A stretch of 64,000 nucleotides of DNA from an uncultured Nitrososphaeraceae archaeon (GCA_963729045.1 CAVSMN010000008.1:1-64000), one strand, 5' to 3'. Positions 23,087 to 34,189 are shown, numbered from the stretch's first letter. Numbers and translations: made by a program. The notes: generated by a model from the letters alone, not told the origin.

Positions 23087-24082
23087 ATGGGTCTTATTAA
23101 ATTCGTGGTGCCCAAAGGCAGTATAGAAGAGGCTACTTTTAAAATGATAGAACAGGCATGGCAATGCAGTGTTAGCGGAAGGGGTAGAATATACAGGGTA
23201 AAGATTGCAGACCCAGACATAGAGGTCAAAATTCTAAGACCTCAGGAAATTCCTACGTACGTACAAGAGGGATTTCATGATGTTGGAATAACAGGCAAAG
23301 ACTGGATAAGGGAAACTAATGCTGATGTCAAAGTATTGTTAGATTTAGAATATGGCAAAGTTAAGCAGGTAATAGCTATTCCAGAATTTTTTGAGTTCAA
23401 CAATCTTGATGAGTTGATAGATAATTTTGCTCAGAACAAAAAGACTTTGAGATTTTCAACGGAATATCTAAAATCAGCATCCTCATACATAAAATCAAAG
23501 GAGAGTTATAAGAAACACTTTGGAGATCTGGAACCCACAATAGTAACTCCTTGGTCTAGGACAGGTAATAATAAAATGGTGGAAATTTTTCTATCATTTG
23601 GAGCAACAGAGGCAAAACCTCCAGAAGATGTCGATGCAGTTTTTGACATTACAGAAACAGGAACCACCCTTATTCAAAATAATTTAAAAATCATAGATCA
23701 AGTAATGGAATCTACAGCAGTACTCATAGCAAATAAAGATGCGCTAAAGGATCCTATAAAAAAGGAAAAAATAATAGACATGATTGTCTTATTGAGAGGA
23801 GTAGTAGAAGCAAGAAAAAAATTACATATTTTCGTTAATGTAGAAAAAGACAATCTTGAAGAATTATTACGTATTCTCCCATCATTGAAAGGTCCAACTA
23901 TTAGTAATTTAAGTAAAGAGGGATGGTATGGAGTAAATACCATAATAGACAAGAACGAGTTTATTAGACTTATACCAACTATCAGAAAAGTTGCTCAGGG
24001 GTTGGTAATTTTAGAACCAAGTCAAATATTATCAATGGATAAGATCATTCTAGATGATAAAGATGAAATAAAATTTGATTAA
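23087..24082 (+). CDS. hisG: ATP phosphoribosyltransferase
   Basis: PKGS, RPQEIP, DVGITGKD, GATE, DITETGTTL. Confidence 0.92.
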   Translation: MGLIKFVVPKGSIEEATFKMIEQAWQCSVSGRGRIYRVKIADPDIEVKILRPQEIPTYVQEGFHDVGITGKDWIRETNADVKVLLDLEYGKVKQVIAIPEFFEFNNLDELIDNFAQNKKTLRFSTEYLKSASSYIKSKESYKKHFGDLEPTIVTPWSRTGNNKMVEIFLSFGATEAKPPEDVDAVFDITETGTTLIQNNLKIIDQVMESTAVLIANKDALKDPIKKEKIIDMIVLLRGVVEARKKLHIFVNVEKDNLEELLRILPSLKGPTISNLSKEGWYGVNTIIDKNEFIRLIPTIRKVAQGLVILEPSQILSMDKIILDDKDEIKFD

Positions 24083-25368
24083 GATTATAAGAATTAAAGA
24101 ACCACGAGAACAAGCTAATGAATTAAGAGAAAGATCTTGGAATAAGGATCTTTCAATTCCAACAAAGAATGTTCTAAAAATCATCGATGACATACAAAGA
24201 AACGGAGATGAAGGATTGTTAAAATGTATTGAGAAATACGAAAACGTTAAGATTGATTCATTTGTTGTTAGTAAGTCTGAAATTAAAGAAGCCTATGAAA
24301 ACGTCTCAGCCAAGCAAATAAGAATAATAAAATACATGAAATCCAAGTTGGAGAAAAGTGAAAAAGCTGTAATCGATAATCTCAAGAATATTAAAATTGA
24401 TTCGGATGGAATCAAGATAAACAAAACAATAATGCCTATTTTCAGAGTAGGATGTTATATCCCAGGCGGGAAAGCTAGATATCCAAGTACCGATAGTAAT
24501 GTGTGCCATACCAGCAAAAGTTGCAGGGGTAAAACAAATCGTGGCTATTACACCACCCATGAAAAATGGAAAAGTGGACCCTTTGACTCTTGTTGCAGGG
24601 GACATCTGTGGTGTAGATGAGTTTTATAAGGTAGGTGGCGCGTACGGAATAGCAGCACTGGCTTATGGTACAAAGACTATAAAAAGAGTGGATAAAATAG
24701 TTGGACCAGGTGGTGTATATGCGTCTGTTGCAAAGTCAGTGGTATCAAAAGATGTATCAATAGACATGATAGCCGGTCCGACCGAATTACTAGTGTATGC
24801 TGACGAAAAGTCAAATCCACGGTATATTGCATTGGACTTGATCTCTCAGGCAGAACACAGCGAAGATACATTATGCGGGGTAGTAACGAAATCAAAAATG
24901 TTAGCCACAAAGATTTCTGAAGAATTAAGTAGAATAATTAAAGAAGATGAAATACCTAGAAGAGAATTTGTTGAAAAAAGTATAAATGATAATGGATTCA
25001 TAGCATTATGCGATAATAATGAAGAAATAACAGAATTCATTAATGAATTTGCACCTGAACACCTTGAAATATTTGCAATTAATGATAAAAAAATATTGAA
25101 GGAGATTTATAATGCAGGATTGATATTAATTGGCGAATACACTCCATCATCTGTAAGCGATTATTGTCTTGGCTCTAATCATGTACTTCCAACTTATAGA
25201 TTTGCAAAATCGAGGTCAGCACTATCTGTTTTAGATTTTATTAAACTAGTAAATGTGATAGAAATGAATAGGGATGCTTTAAAGAAAATCTCTCCAATCA
25301 TAAAAGAAATAACATCAACAGAAGGATTATTTAATCACTATGAAGCGGTAAATGGAAGGATAAAATAA
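24075..25368 (+). CDS. hisD: Histidinol dehydrogenase, frameshift near 24492
   Basis: VGCYIPGGKARYPST joins VMCAIPA after one extra base; GPG, DMIAGPTE, SQAEH, APEHL, GSNHVLPT. Confidence 0.92.
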
Positions 25369-26441
25369 TGGTGGATTGGTTAGATAAGGAACTTGCCCAC
25401 ATTAAATCACACAAACCTTATAAAAGGCCAGAAAAAATTCATGATTTCTATAAACTGGATTCAAATGAAAATTTAGTTTTAGAACGGAGATTTATAAAAG
25501 CAATTGCATCAAAATCTCTTCATGAAAGCGATTTTAGAGAATATCCATTAGAACAATTTGAAAAACTGTATATGAAATTAGCAGATTATACCAAACTAAG
25601 TACAAGAAATATTGGCATAGGTAGTGGGTCTGACCAAATAATGGATTTATTATTGTCAACAATAGGTAAAGGAAAAAAAGTCATAACAATAAACCCTACA
25701 TTTTCTTATTTTACAGACAGATGTAATCTGTATAAAATACCCACTAAATTAATAGATCTTTCCGCTATTGATAATTCCTTTGACTTGGAACTATTTATCA
25801 AGAAAGCGAGAGACTATGATATAATATACATAGCATCACCGAATAACCCTACTGGAAATCAATTTAAACTTGACGATATTTCAAGTATAATAGATATTTT
25901 AAAAGACAAGTTGATAATAATCGATGAAGCGTATGTGGAATTTGCTGAGTATAGTTTATCTGATATAGTAACAAAATATCGTAATGTTTTAATTATGAGA
26001 ACATTTTCAAAAGCTTTTGGTCTGGCTGGAGCCAGAATAGGATATATCTTGGCTAATGAAGAAATATCAGATGTTTTCAACCAATATATTCAATTACCAT
26101 ATCCATTAAGTAGTTTCTCCATGCAATTGGCAATTGAAGCACTTGAAAACATTCAGATTGTAAATAGAAGTATAGAAGCAATAAAGAGAGAAAGAACAAA
26201 AATGTTTGATAGGCTAAATAAATTAGACAAGATCAAAATATTTAAATCAGATTCTAACTTCTTTTTCTTTCAAACATTTAATCACTACAATAAAATCAAA
26301 AACCAATTATTAAATGAAAAAATACTAATAAAGAATTTTGGAGACCTTGGAAACTACAATGGAGCAATGAGAATCACGATAGGAAATACTGAGATGAATG
26401 ATAAAGTAATATCCGTAATTGAGAAGTCATTAGCGACATAG
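25368..26441 (+). CDS. hisC: Histidinol-phosphate aminotransferase
   Basis: KLDSNEN, SPNNPTG, IDEAY, RTFSKAFGLAGARIGY; follows hisD. Confidence 0.92.
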   Translation: MVDWLDKELAHIKSHKPYKRPEKIHDFYKLDSNENLVLERRFIKAIASKSLHESDFREYPLEQFEKLYMKLADYTKLSTRNIGIGSGSDQIMDLLLSTIGKGKKVITINPTFSYFTDRCNLYKIPTKLIDLSAIDNSFDLELFIKKARDYDIIYIASPNNPTGNQFKLDDISSIIDILKDKLIIIDEAYVEFAEYSLSDIVTKYRNVLIMRTFSKAFGLAGARIGYILANEEISDVFNQYIQLPYPLSSFSMQLAIEALENIQIVNRSIEAIKRERTKMFDRLNKLDKIKIFKSDSNFFFFQTFNHYNKIKNQLLNEKILIKNFGDLGNYNGAMRITIGNTEMNDKVISVIEKSLAT

Positions 26442-26494
26442 ACTATCTTTGGTTAATAAGTTATGAATAAAATTATACTGGCAATATCAGTTTT

Positions 26495-27259
26495 TCAAGT
26501 TATGTTATTCTCACGCGAATCATCACCAGTATTTTCGTCTGTATTATCAATCATCAATTTTTTTTGGGTATAGATACTTACTTCTTTGGGTACAGGAGTA
26601 TCCAAAATCTTTCGAATTTTTTCGGCACGCATGTTTCCAAGACCTGGTACCCTGGCAAGCTCTGCTATCGAAGCATTCAAAACATTTGTAGGAGAATGAA
26701 ATCTATCCAATAATCTTGTAGCTAATTTAGAACCTATTCCAGGTAAAGAGGTAAGAACATATAATTGTTGAAGAAGAAATGGATTTGACTTTTTTATCTT
26801 TTTAAGCAAAGGTCCATCGTTTTTGCTCCTAAATTGATTGGAAGCTAGTAAAACTAACAATTCAGCTGTATAAAATACAGAATCAGTATATAAAATTGGG
26901 ATTCGGAAATCAAGTGCTACTTTTATCAAAGTTTCGTATGCTACTCGTATCTTATCGATAATTAATTTAGAATCATTTTCAAAATGCTCTCTTGTATCAA
27001 GGTCTGTTAAATTTCCTTCTATAATAATCAATGGCTTAGTATAATGATTTATTAAATCTGAACATTGAATAAATATGCGACCGTCATAGACAGAATTTAT
27101 CAAATCATATACGGTTTTTCTTTCAATAACGGTCTCAGAGGAAACAATATAATCTCCAACTGCTAATTGTTTATAATCGACAAATACCCCACTAAGTTTA
27201 AGTAAATTAGGAACTCGACTATTTTTCTCTCGCTCATCTGCAACAATCCGAATAGCCAA
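26495..27259 (-). CDS. xpf: ERCC4/XPF structure-specific endonuclease with HhH
   Basis: VADERE, GDYIV...IERKT..D, LPGIG and VPGLG HhH motifs. Confidence 0.88.
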   Translation of the reverse strand: MAIRIVADEREKNSRVPNLLKLSGVFVDYKQLAVGDYIVSSETVIERKTVYDLINSVYDGRIFIQCSDLINHYTKPLIIIEGNLTDLDTREHFENDSKLIIDKIRVAYETLIKVALDFRIPILYTDSVFYTAELLVLLASNQFRSKNDGPLLKKIKKSNPFLLQQLYVLTSLPGIGSKLATRLLDRFHSPTNVLNASIAELARVPGLGNMRAEKIRKILDTPVPKEVSIYTQKKLMIDNTDENTGDDSRENNIT

Positions 27260-27310
27260 TGCAATAATAAAAAAGCATATTCTTAATTAACATTCATAAG
27301 AAAAAAGTTG

Positions 27311-27703
27311 TTATTGTGGAGGTTGATTAAATTTATTGGATTGTGATCCCCCTTGGGCCATATGCATCATTTGATTAATCTTATTTTCCACCTCTTTTAG
27401 ATTTTCCTTGACCCTAGATTCTTGTTTGCCTAAAACTATAGTCCTGGTATTTGAAAGCTCTTTCTTTTCTTCTAGTTCTTTTATTAAATTATCCCTATCA
27501 GATTTAACCATCAAAGGGCCTGCAAGCTTGTATACGACATCATCAGGAGTAGTTTTCTTTAACTCCTCCAAGGCCCTTTCTGTTTCAGATATTTCTAGTT
27601 CAACCTGTTGTTTTTGCATCATTATTGCTTGAAGGTTTTGCTGTAATTGTTGCAATCTTGCAAGTTGCTCTTTTAGCCATGGAGGAAGCTCTTGTTCACT
27701 CAT
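27311..27703 (-). CDS. pfdB: Prefoldin beta subunit
   Basis: Coiled coil with VYKLAGPLMVK hairpin; exosome superoperon position. Confidence 0.9.
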   Translation of the reverse strand: MSEQELPPWLKEQLARLQQLQQNLQAIMMQKQQVELEISETERALEELKKTTPDDVVYKLAGPLMVKSDRDNLIKELEEKKELSNTRTIVLGKQESRVKENLKEVENKINQMMHMAQGGSQSNKFNQPPQ

Positions 27704-27758
27704 TGTTAATACAAAGTAACTAAATATTCACTAAGATAAAAATTATTACACTATTATA

Positions 27759-28067
27759 TCATTTGTCAATATACAGTACAGAATATGCTAAATCTACTAG
27801 TCTCAAAAAAGATAGTAATGACGCACGGAATTTAGACATATTGTTACCGGATATTGACAATATAATATGGTTATTTTCTATAGAAACAGTAACATCAGTA
27901 TCAAAATCAGGAGTGGATTGAATATCGCCTCTTAATGCAACAAAAATAGAATTCAAGGGTTTTTTTAAATTATCACCGTCATCGTTATTTGATGGGAAAA
28001 ATCCCTTATTGTGGTTAATATGTTCTACATCAAAATAAATAAAAATTTTAGCCTTGAAGCTTTCCAA
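27759..28067 (-). CDS. KEOPS Pcc1-like protein
   Basis: Lies between L37Ae and prefoldin; C-terminal ILSISGNNMSKFRASLLSFLRLV pattern. Confidence 0.6.
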   Translation of the reverse strand: MESFKAKIFIYFDVEHINHNKGFFPSNNDDGDNLKKPLNSIFVALRGDIQSTPDFDTDVTVSIENNHIILSISGNNMSKFRASLLSFLRLVDLAYSVLYIDK

Positions 28068-28284
28068 GATTTACGTCATAGGCTCCTGCTGCGACTTTAT
28101 ATTCGCATTTATTGCATTGCCATATACCCATCGCTACTCTTTTAAATTTTAATGAAGTACAGCTCGGACATCGTCTTTTTTGTTTTAATGTCCTATAGAC
28201 CTTACCATATCTTTTTCGTACGGTAGCACCAAACTTAACACCCAAACCTTTTAGTGCTGTTGAACCCTTTTTTCTTTTAACCTT
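28048..28284 (-). CDS. rpl37ae: 50S ribosomal protein L37Ae
   Basis: GVKFGATVRKR, CPSC...GIWQCNKC..AAGAY; the frame extends upstream (VKRKKGSTALKG) but the start codon reads AAG. Confidence 0.9.
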   Translation of the reverse strand, partial: KVKRKKGSTALKGLGVKFGATVRKRYGKVYRTLKQKRRCPSCTSLKFKRVAMGIWQCNKCEYKVAAGAYDVNLGKLQG

Positions 28285-29099
28285 TAATTCAACTCCTTTA
28301 TTTTAGAGCGCATTTCCTCTCCTTTAATTCTTGCTATTTCAGAGAATTGGACAATCTGATTGACAGAAAATGGGCCCGTAAAGCCTTTTTGTACAGCGAC
28401 TATATTTCCATCGGATTGGGTTGTCATAGTTATGCGGGCATCCATGCAAGCTTCCTCTTCTGTTGTTGGATCCAACAAGACCGATTCTCCAATTCTAACT
28501 GCGGTAATAGATACCGGCATTGTAGTAATGGGTGGAGGCATAGTTTTACCAGTATCAACTACCTGTTCGTCTTTAATTTCATAGATCGGAAATTTACTTG
28601 TTAGAAGAGCAGCCACTACTGCATAAGAGGTAGCATCTAACAAATTACCATCGCTGTTTATTATACTACAGTCAACAAAAACAGTATAAACTATTTTTCC
28701 AGGAATCAAAACCAATTTATCTAAATCTAGCATTTGTGATTCGCGTATCCCTCTATCAACAACCCTTGATAATTCTATTGCGTCCTCGTCAGGAGGTCCA
28801 GGTTCAACATGGGGAGAGGCAGTAGGTAAAACTTCTGCAGACATAATCAATGCACCTTTATTTTCTAATCCTTCAAATGGTTCGCCTGTTTCAACTTTAA
28901 CACCTGCTATAACTTCGGTATTACCTAGCTTTACCTTTGCAGAACCAGAGGCTTTGTCTATTATTCCTACCTCAATTTCAAAATTTCTGTACGATTCAAA
29001 ATCGCGACCATCCAATCTTTTCCCTCTTGACAAAGCTTCTAGCATTTGTTGTTTTCGTAATTGTTCAACTATTACTGTAGAACGTTTAGAGGAGCTCAT
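28284..29099 (-). CDS. rrp42: Exosome complex subunit Rrp42
   Basis: [38 protein letters not shown]. Confidence 0.93.
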   Translation of the reverse strand: MSSSKRSTVIVEQLRKQQMLEALSRGKRLDGRDFESYRNFEIEVGIIDKASGSAKVKLGNTEVIAGVKVETGEPFEGLENKGALIMSAEVLPTASPHVEPGPPDEDAIELSRVVDRGIRESQMLDLDKLVLIPGKIVYTVFVDCSIINSDGNLLDATSYAVVAALLTSKFPIYEIKDEQVVDTGKTMPPPITTMPVSITAVRIGESVLLDPTTEEEACMDARITMTTQSDGNIVAVQKGFTGPFSVNQIVQFSEIARIKGEEMRSKIKELN

Positions 29100-29842
29100 G
29101 CTTCTTCTTTCAACTCCATTTCATCACCAAAATACTTTTTCATTAGTGCTTCTTTTTGTATTTCGTATACCGACTTGCATCCAGTGATTGCTTTTTCCAA
29201 ACATTCACTAAATTGAGCTGTAGTTAACTTACCATCCAACTGCAGCAAAGTAACTTGTTCCAAATTGGGCAAATAAGCTACAGGCATATCTGCATCTCCT
29301 TCTTTATCTTCAAGATCATTAATATCTAGTACAATATTGTCTGATAACCGTCCAGCAGCACAAGCAGAAACTAAATCACGCATATTAATTCCAGCATCAG
29401 CTAATGCTACTGATGCCGCGTTGATGCCAGCACACCTAGATCCACCATCGGCTTGCAATACTTCAACGAAAACATCAATTACTGCTCGTGGATAGTCACT
29501 TAAAATTAAGGATGGTTCCAAAGATTCACGCATTACTTTAGATATCTCCACTTCTCGTCGAGAGGGAGCGGGATTCTTTCTGGTATCTGTGGAAAATGGA
29601 GACATGTGGTATCTACACCTAAGAACACACCTGTCTGGAAGAGCCATATGTTTTGGATGAACTTCACGTGGCCCGTAAACAGCGACAATTATTTTATTCT
29701 TTCCGAATTCTATATAAGCTGAACCGTCTGCATTTTTTACCACGCCCACGGTAATCTTAATTGACCGTAATTCATCTATCCCTCTGCCATCGGATCTTTT
29801 TCCGTTTTCATCCATTAAAGCTAACTCTTTCAAATTATACAC
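29096..29842 (-). CDS. rrp41: Exosome complex exonuclease Rrp41
   Basis: [39 protein letters not shown]. Confidence 0.95.
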   Translation of the reverse strand: MYNLKELALMDENGKRSDGRGIDELRSIKITVGVVKNADGSAYIEFGKNKIIVAVYGPREVHPKHMALPDRCVLRCRYHMSPFSTDTRKNPAPSRREVEISKVMRESLEPSLILSDYPRAVIDVFVEVLQADGGSRCAGINAASVALADAGINMRDLVSACAAGRLSDNIVLDINDLEDKEGDADMPVAYLPNLEQVTLLQLDGKLTTAQFSECLEKAITGCKSVYEIQKEALMKKYFGDEMELKEEA

Positions 29843-29853
29843 ATCCTATTTGA

Positions 29854-30895
29854 TCACTCTTGTTTTTTTTCTTTTTGATCGCTATTGCTATCGTTGTTGG
29901 ATGACTTTTCAGAATTATCATTTCGATGTTTTTCCTTTGTACTGGAGCCAGATTTACTATTATTCGGTGTTGATGATTCATCGTTGGGTTGTGGTGGTTG
30001 TGGTTGTGTTGATGATTCATCGTTGGGTTGTGGTGGTTGTGGTGGTTGTGGTTGTGCTGATGATTCATCGTTGGGTTGTGGTGGTCATGTTGGTTGTGGT
30101 TGTGGTTGTGCTGATGATTCATCGTTGGGTTGTGGTGGTTGATGGTTGTGGTTGTGGTTGTGCTGATGATTCAGGACTGGAAGAAGCATTCATTGATTCT
30201 GGTTGTTCTGGATCAACAGGGTCTTGAACATTTAGTAAAGTCTTGACTCGTTGAGTAAGGTTGGTAGTATGAGACTCTTCCTCTACCATTTTAATAGCCT
30301 TTGCAGCCAAACTTAGACCATCTGGGTCTCTGCCTGTAACAACTACTATACCATTTTGACCGATTATCACTCTTGTTTGGGTAGCTTGTTCTATAGTTTG
30401 AATCATAGAACCACGTTTTCCAATTAATCGTGGAACTCGAGTAGGAGAAATTTTTATGAATTCACCGTAAGGGATCTTTCCTAAATCCTTATCTTGAACT
30501 GTAAGCATGGGATCTCTAGTTCTATCAAAAGATACAATCCTTGCAATAATTAAGTCGCCTATGCTTAGTTGTCGACCCATATCATCTTTGGCTGGTGAAA
30601 AATCTCGGCCAAATACATCTTGTGCGGGCAGGTGAGCGAAAAAGCATGCATTAATATCAACATCCCAAGATAAAGAAGATCGATCAATAATCTTCCCGAT
30701 TACTAAGTCGTTAACACGTGGTATATAAACACCCGATAAAGGTATAACTTTAACGCCATCTTTACCAGCTTCAGCAATTCCAACTCTGGTAGATACCAAA
30801 TAATTACCACTTTTAATAACATTCATCAAAGGTTTATAATTACCCTCAATAATTTTATCTCCAGGTATAACATATCTCCTCTTTATTTCTTGCAT
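29854..30895 (-). CDS. rrp4: Exosome RNA-binding subunit Rrp4 with long Gln/Pro repeat tail (frameshifted in the repeat)
   Basis: S1 domain (YIPRVNDLVIG) and KH domain (RLIGKRGSMI, GQNG); the tail frame reads (NDESS[A/T]QPQPPQP)n...SDQKEKKQE to TGA at 29854-29856. Confidence 0.88.
29971..30173. repeat. Coding tandem repeat, about 5 units of 39-57 bp
   Basis: Recurrent TGATGATTCATCGTTGGGTTGTGGTGG with variable (TTGTGG)n. Confidence 0.9.
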
Positions 30896-31002
30896 TTTAG
30901 ATATTGTCTACCTCCATTAACAAAATAGATGTAAAATGAAATGTTTTCATATTTCTATATCTAATTATCTAGAATTTGTTCTATAATATAATCTGTAAGT
31001 AG

Positions 31003-31689
31003 TTATTCCTTAACTTGTGCGGATCCTTTAGTCAATGAACCTATGCGTTCGAGAAAGTTCCCTTTCATACCGGCATTTATTTCTATATTTACTTTTAAAG
31101 AACCATCTGATAGCCATTCTTCAGAAGTTAGAACACCTGAGCTTTTAATATAATTATAACTGGTGGAAGAAAACGAGCTTGGTATAAGAATAACAAGCTG
31201 CAACATTTCAGATTTTAATGGAAGAATTTTTCTAAGCGAGTCAACTATAGATTTGACCTGGTCTTCGGCTTTCTTGAAAGGATCGATCGTGACTCTTACA
31301 TCCTCTAGTGCATTTTCTATTCGTTGAACAGGATGAGGAAGTTTTGTTTTAGGATCTACAAAATTTTTATTTATGTATTGAACAATCTGTTTTCGCTTGT
31401 CCTCTACCATTTTGCGCCTTTGATCTGTAGTAAGATTTAGCTCTCCTTTAAGTAATATTTGTTTAAGTATTTCATTAGAGTCACTAGTTTTGAAATGTTT
31501 ATTTAATTTATCAACGGCAACTCGAGATCCTTTATTTGCATCTGAATATATTTCGTCTGAGACTAATACTGAAGACAAATCGGTTCGTTTACCTAATTTA
31601 TATTCTAATGCAGGATCTGGCTTCACTAAAATTTCAAATTTATCATTTCCAATAGTTAATTTTACAACAGTAACTTTTGAATCAGCCAT
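31003..31689 (-). CDS. Ribosome maturation factor SBDS/SDO1
   Basis: KFEILV, IYSDANKG, GELNLTTDQRR, DPKTKLPHP. Confidence 0.92.
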   Translation of the reverse strand: MADSKVTVVKLTIGNDKFEILVKPDPALEYKLGKRTDLSSVLVSDEIYSDANKGSRVAVDKLNKHFKTSDSNEILKQILLKGELNLTTDQRRKMVEDKRKQIVQYINKNFVDPKTKLPHPVQRIENALEDVRVTIDPFKKAEDQVKSIVDSLRKILPLKSEMLQLVILIPSSFSSTSYNYIKSSGVLTSEEWLSDGSLKVNIEINAGMKGNFLERIGSLTKGSAQVKE

Positions 31690-31800
31690 ACAATAGAAAA
31701 TTAACTGTGATATATTAATATAATAATATGCTTGGTAGGTTGCAACATTCCTAATAGATTCATTACATTTTTAATATACGTAAGATTAAAATTATTTGAT

Positions 31801-32457
31801 TTGATCTCCATAGATTTAAAGGTTATTGAGAAACATGATGAAAGGATAACCATTAAATTTAATAACGTACCTCGTCAGTATGTAAATGCAATTAGACGAC
31901 TATCAATTAGCGAGGTGCCTACTTTTGCTATTGATGACGTAGTTATTCTAGAAAATTCATCAGTAATGCATGATGAAGCAGTTGCTCATAGGCTTGGTTT
32001 AATTCCACTAAGGACTGACTTGAAGAAATTTTCATTGCCCGAAGAATGCAGTTGTAAGAGTTCCTTGGGTTGTACGAATTGTAGAGTATTATTGCAACTT
32101 GATGCAGAAGCTAATGAAAAAACTAAAACAATTACTACTTCAGAGTTAATTTCAGAAGATGAATTTGTAAAACCTGTAAGTCAGGATATTCCCATCATAG
32201 TACTAGCTCCTGGTCAAAAATTAAAGTTTGAGGCATATGCGAGGCTGGGATTTGGCAGGGATCATGCAAAATGGCAGCCTGCTACAATAGCAGTAGTAAA
32301 ATATGGCGAAAATGAAAATGAAATTTTTTTGACTGTGGAATCTAATGGAGCATTAACTGCAGAGGAAATAATCATAGCAGCAATTGAGCAACTAAATAAA
32401 AGCATAAAAGACTTTGGCGAAACAGTTAACGCACTCCAGATACCAAACAACCTCTAG
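31801..32457 (+). CDS. rpoD: DNA-directed RNA polymerase subunit D (Rpo3)
   Basis: NAIRR..ISEVPTFAI, ENSSVMHDE.VAHRLGLIP, GRDHAKW; likely TTG start at 31801. Confidence 0.93.
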   Translation: MISIDLKVIEKHDERITIKFNNVPRQYVNAIRRLSISEVPTFAIDDVVILENSSVMHDEAVAHRLGLIPLRTDLKKFSLPEECSCKSSLGCTNCRVLLQLDAEANEKTKTITTSELISEDEFVKPVSQDIPIIVLAPGQKLKFEAYARLGFGRDHAKWQPATIAVVKYGENENEIFLTVESNGALTAEEIIIAAIEQLNKSIKDFGETVNALQIPNNL

Positions 32458-32505
32458 GTAAATTTATTTGGTACTTTATACTCTTTTTAATTGGAATAGC
32501 AAGTA

Positions 32506-32856
32506 ATGTTTAACGATACTTTAATAGATAATACAGTTTGGATTCTACGTAAAGCATTTAAAAGTAACAAGGCACAGATTTGGAAAGCATTAGAGAAAGA
32601 ATTTTCCAAATCTAGATCAAACAGGAGACAAGTTAACATCCAAAGATTGGATAAAATTACTAATAATGGGGATATAGTGGTAGTTCCAGGGAAGATTTTG
32701 GGCAATGGAACGCTGGGGCACAAATTAACAGTATATGCATATTCATTTTCAGAAACTGCCATAAATAAATTGAACACTGCAGGGGCAGAAGTTATTTCAT
32801 TGCAATCATTAATAAGTAAATATCCTGATGGTAAAGGTGTAAAAATAATTGGCTAA
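32506..32856 (+). CDS. rpl18e: 50S ribosomal protein L18e
   Basis: IWK, RRQVNI, VVVPGKILGNG, FSETA. Confidence 0.93.
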   Translation: MFNDTLIDNTVWILRKAFKSNKAQIWKALEKEFSKSRSNRRQVNIQRLDKITNNGDIVVVPGKILGNGTLGHKLTVYAYSFSETAINKLNTAGAEVISLQSLISKYPDGKGVKIIG

Positions 32857-33343
32857 GGAAACAAAGTTGGAGACAAAACCAGAAGAAGGTCAATCTCAAC
32901 AAAATAAGCTTATAGTAGTTGATGCAACAAATTGTATTTCAGGAAGGCTATGTTCGAAGGTATCAAAATTATTATTGCAGGGTAACAGAGTATCCGTAGT
33001 AAATGCTGAAAAAGTGATGGTATCCGGAAACAAATATGAAGTCATCGAGAGTTACAAGAAACGATTAGAAGTTGGATCAATTGTTAACCCAATTCATGGT
33101 CCGTTTCATCCAAGAAGACCAGACACCATAATTACAAAAATGATAAGAGGCATGGTCCCAAAAAGAAAGTCCAGTGGAATGCAATCTTTTAAAAGATTAA
33201 GGGTATATATGGGCGTACCAGATGAGTTAAAAAATTCAGCAATGATATCGTTTGAGGACGCAAAAATTACGAGACCCGAATCATTTTACATATCTATGAG
33301 TGACGTGGCAAAACAGATAGGTTGGAAAGGAGTAGTTCAATAA
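32849..33343 (+). CDS. rpl13: 50S ribosomal protein L13
   Basis: VDATNCISGRL, GPFHPRRPD, IRGMVP. Confidence 0.93.
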   Translation: MAKETKLETKPEEGQSQQNKLIVVDATNCISGRLCSKVSKLLLQGNRVSVVNAEKVMVSGNKYEVIESYKKRLEVGSIVNPIHGPFHPRRPDTIITKMIRGMVPKRKSSGMQSFKRLRVYMGVPDELKNSAMISFEDAKITRPESFYISMSDVAKQIGWKGVVQ

Positions 33344-33344
33344 T

Positions 33345-33788
33345 ATGAATAAAATAGATCTTTATCCGGGGCAAAGAAAGACATGTAGAGCCGTAGCTAC
33401 CATAGTAAAGGGAAATGGAAAAATTAGAATTAACAATATCCCTGTAGAAGTTATTCAACCAGAAGTAGCAAAGGAACTCATTTTAACACCTACTAATATA
33501 ATTGGTGAACTAAGGGAGAGAGTTGATGTTAATGTGCACGTCAATGGCGGCGGCTTTATGGGACAAGCGTTTGCCAGTGCAGTAGCAATTTCACGTGCAT
33601 TAACAGGAGAAACAAAAGGTGCAAAAGATCCAAGGGATCATCCATTTACAAGAAACGTCAGAGAAGAAATCAAGAAAAAGATAACAGAATTTGATAGACA
33701 TTTACTAGTAGGGGATCCAAGACAAACAGAGTCAAAGAAATATGGCGGCCCAGGGGCAAGACGAAGAAAACAGAAATCATACCGTTAA
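33345..33788 (+). CDS. rps9: 30S ribosomal protein S9
   Basis: GGGFMGQA, DPRQTESKKYGGPGARRRKQKSYR. Confidence 0.95.
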   Translation: MNKIDLYPGQRKTCRAVATIVKGNGKIRINNIPVEVIQPEVAKELILTPTNIIGELRERVDVNVHVNGGGFMGQAFASAVAISRALTGETKGAKDPRDHPFTRNVREEIKKKITEFDRHLLVGDPRQTESKKYGGPGARRRKQKSYR

Positions 33789-33847
33789 TTTTTTACTTTT
33801 GGCATATTTTTTGATATCTTAATTAATACAAAAAGATAGAATACAAT

Positions 33848-34138
33848 ATGTCACACAATGGCATAGATATAGATCAGTATATTCTGTTGATTATATATCC
33901 CAGTATAGCATTTTTTGCAATAGGCTTTATCACAAGAAAAATAGATTTAAGAAAGACCATCACCTATGTCTTGCAAGCCATAATCTGTTTTTGCTTTTCG
34001 ATTGGTTATTATATATTTATACCCTATGGCGGTGCTCAGGGTTTATCATTAATATTAGGACTATTTGGGATTTTATTAATATTTTTAGCAAGGAAAGAAA
34101 GAATTTCTCCAGTTACTACTACAGAAGAAGGGGAATGA
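33848..34138 (+). CDS. Small membrane protein
   Basis: Three hydrophobic segments. Confidence 0.65.
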   Translation: MSHNGIDIDQYILLIIYPSIAFFAIGFITRKIDLRKTITYVLQAIICFCFSIGYYIFIPYGGAQGLSLILGLFGILLIFLARKERISPVTTTEEGE

Positions 34139-34189
34139 AAGAGGAATGAATCTAAATTGTCAGTTTTTTAATTCTACAAGAACAGAAAA

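Noticed and set aside
24480..24500. Programmed ribosomal frameshift in hisD and other split genes
   Set aside because: No shared slippery motif; the scattered single indels are better explained by sequencing error.
29835..30227. His-rich, poly-Val and Cys/Gly-rich (metallothionein- or RiPP-like) ORFs
   Set aside because: They are alternative-frame or antisense translations of the Rrp4 Gln/Pro repeat.
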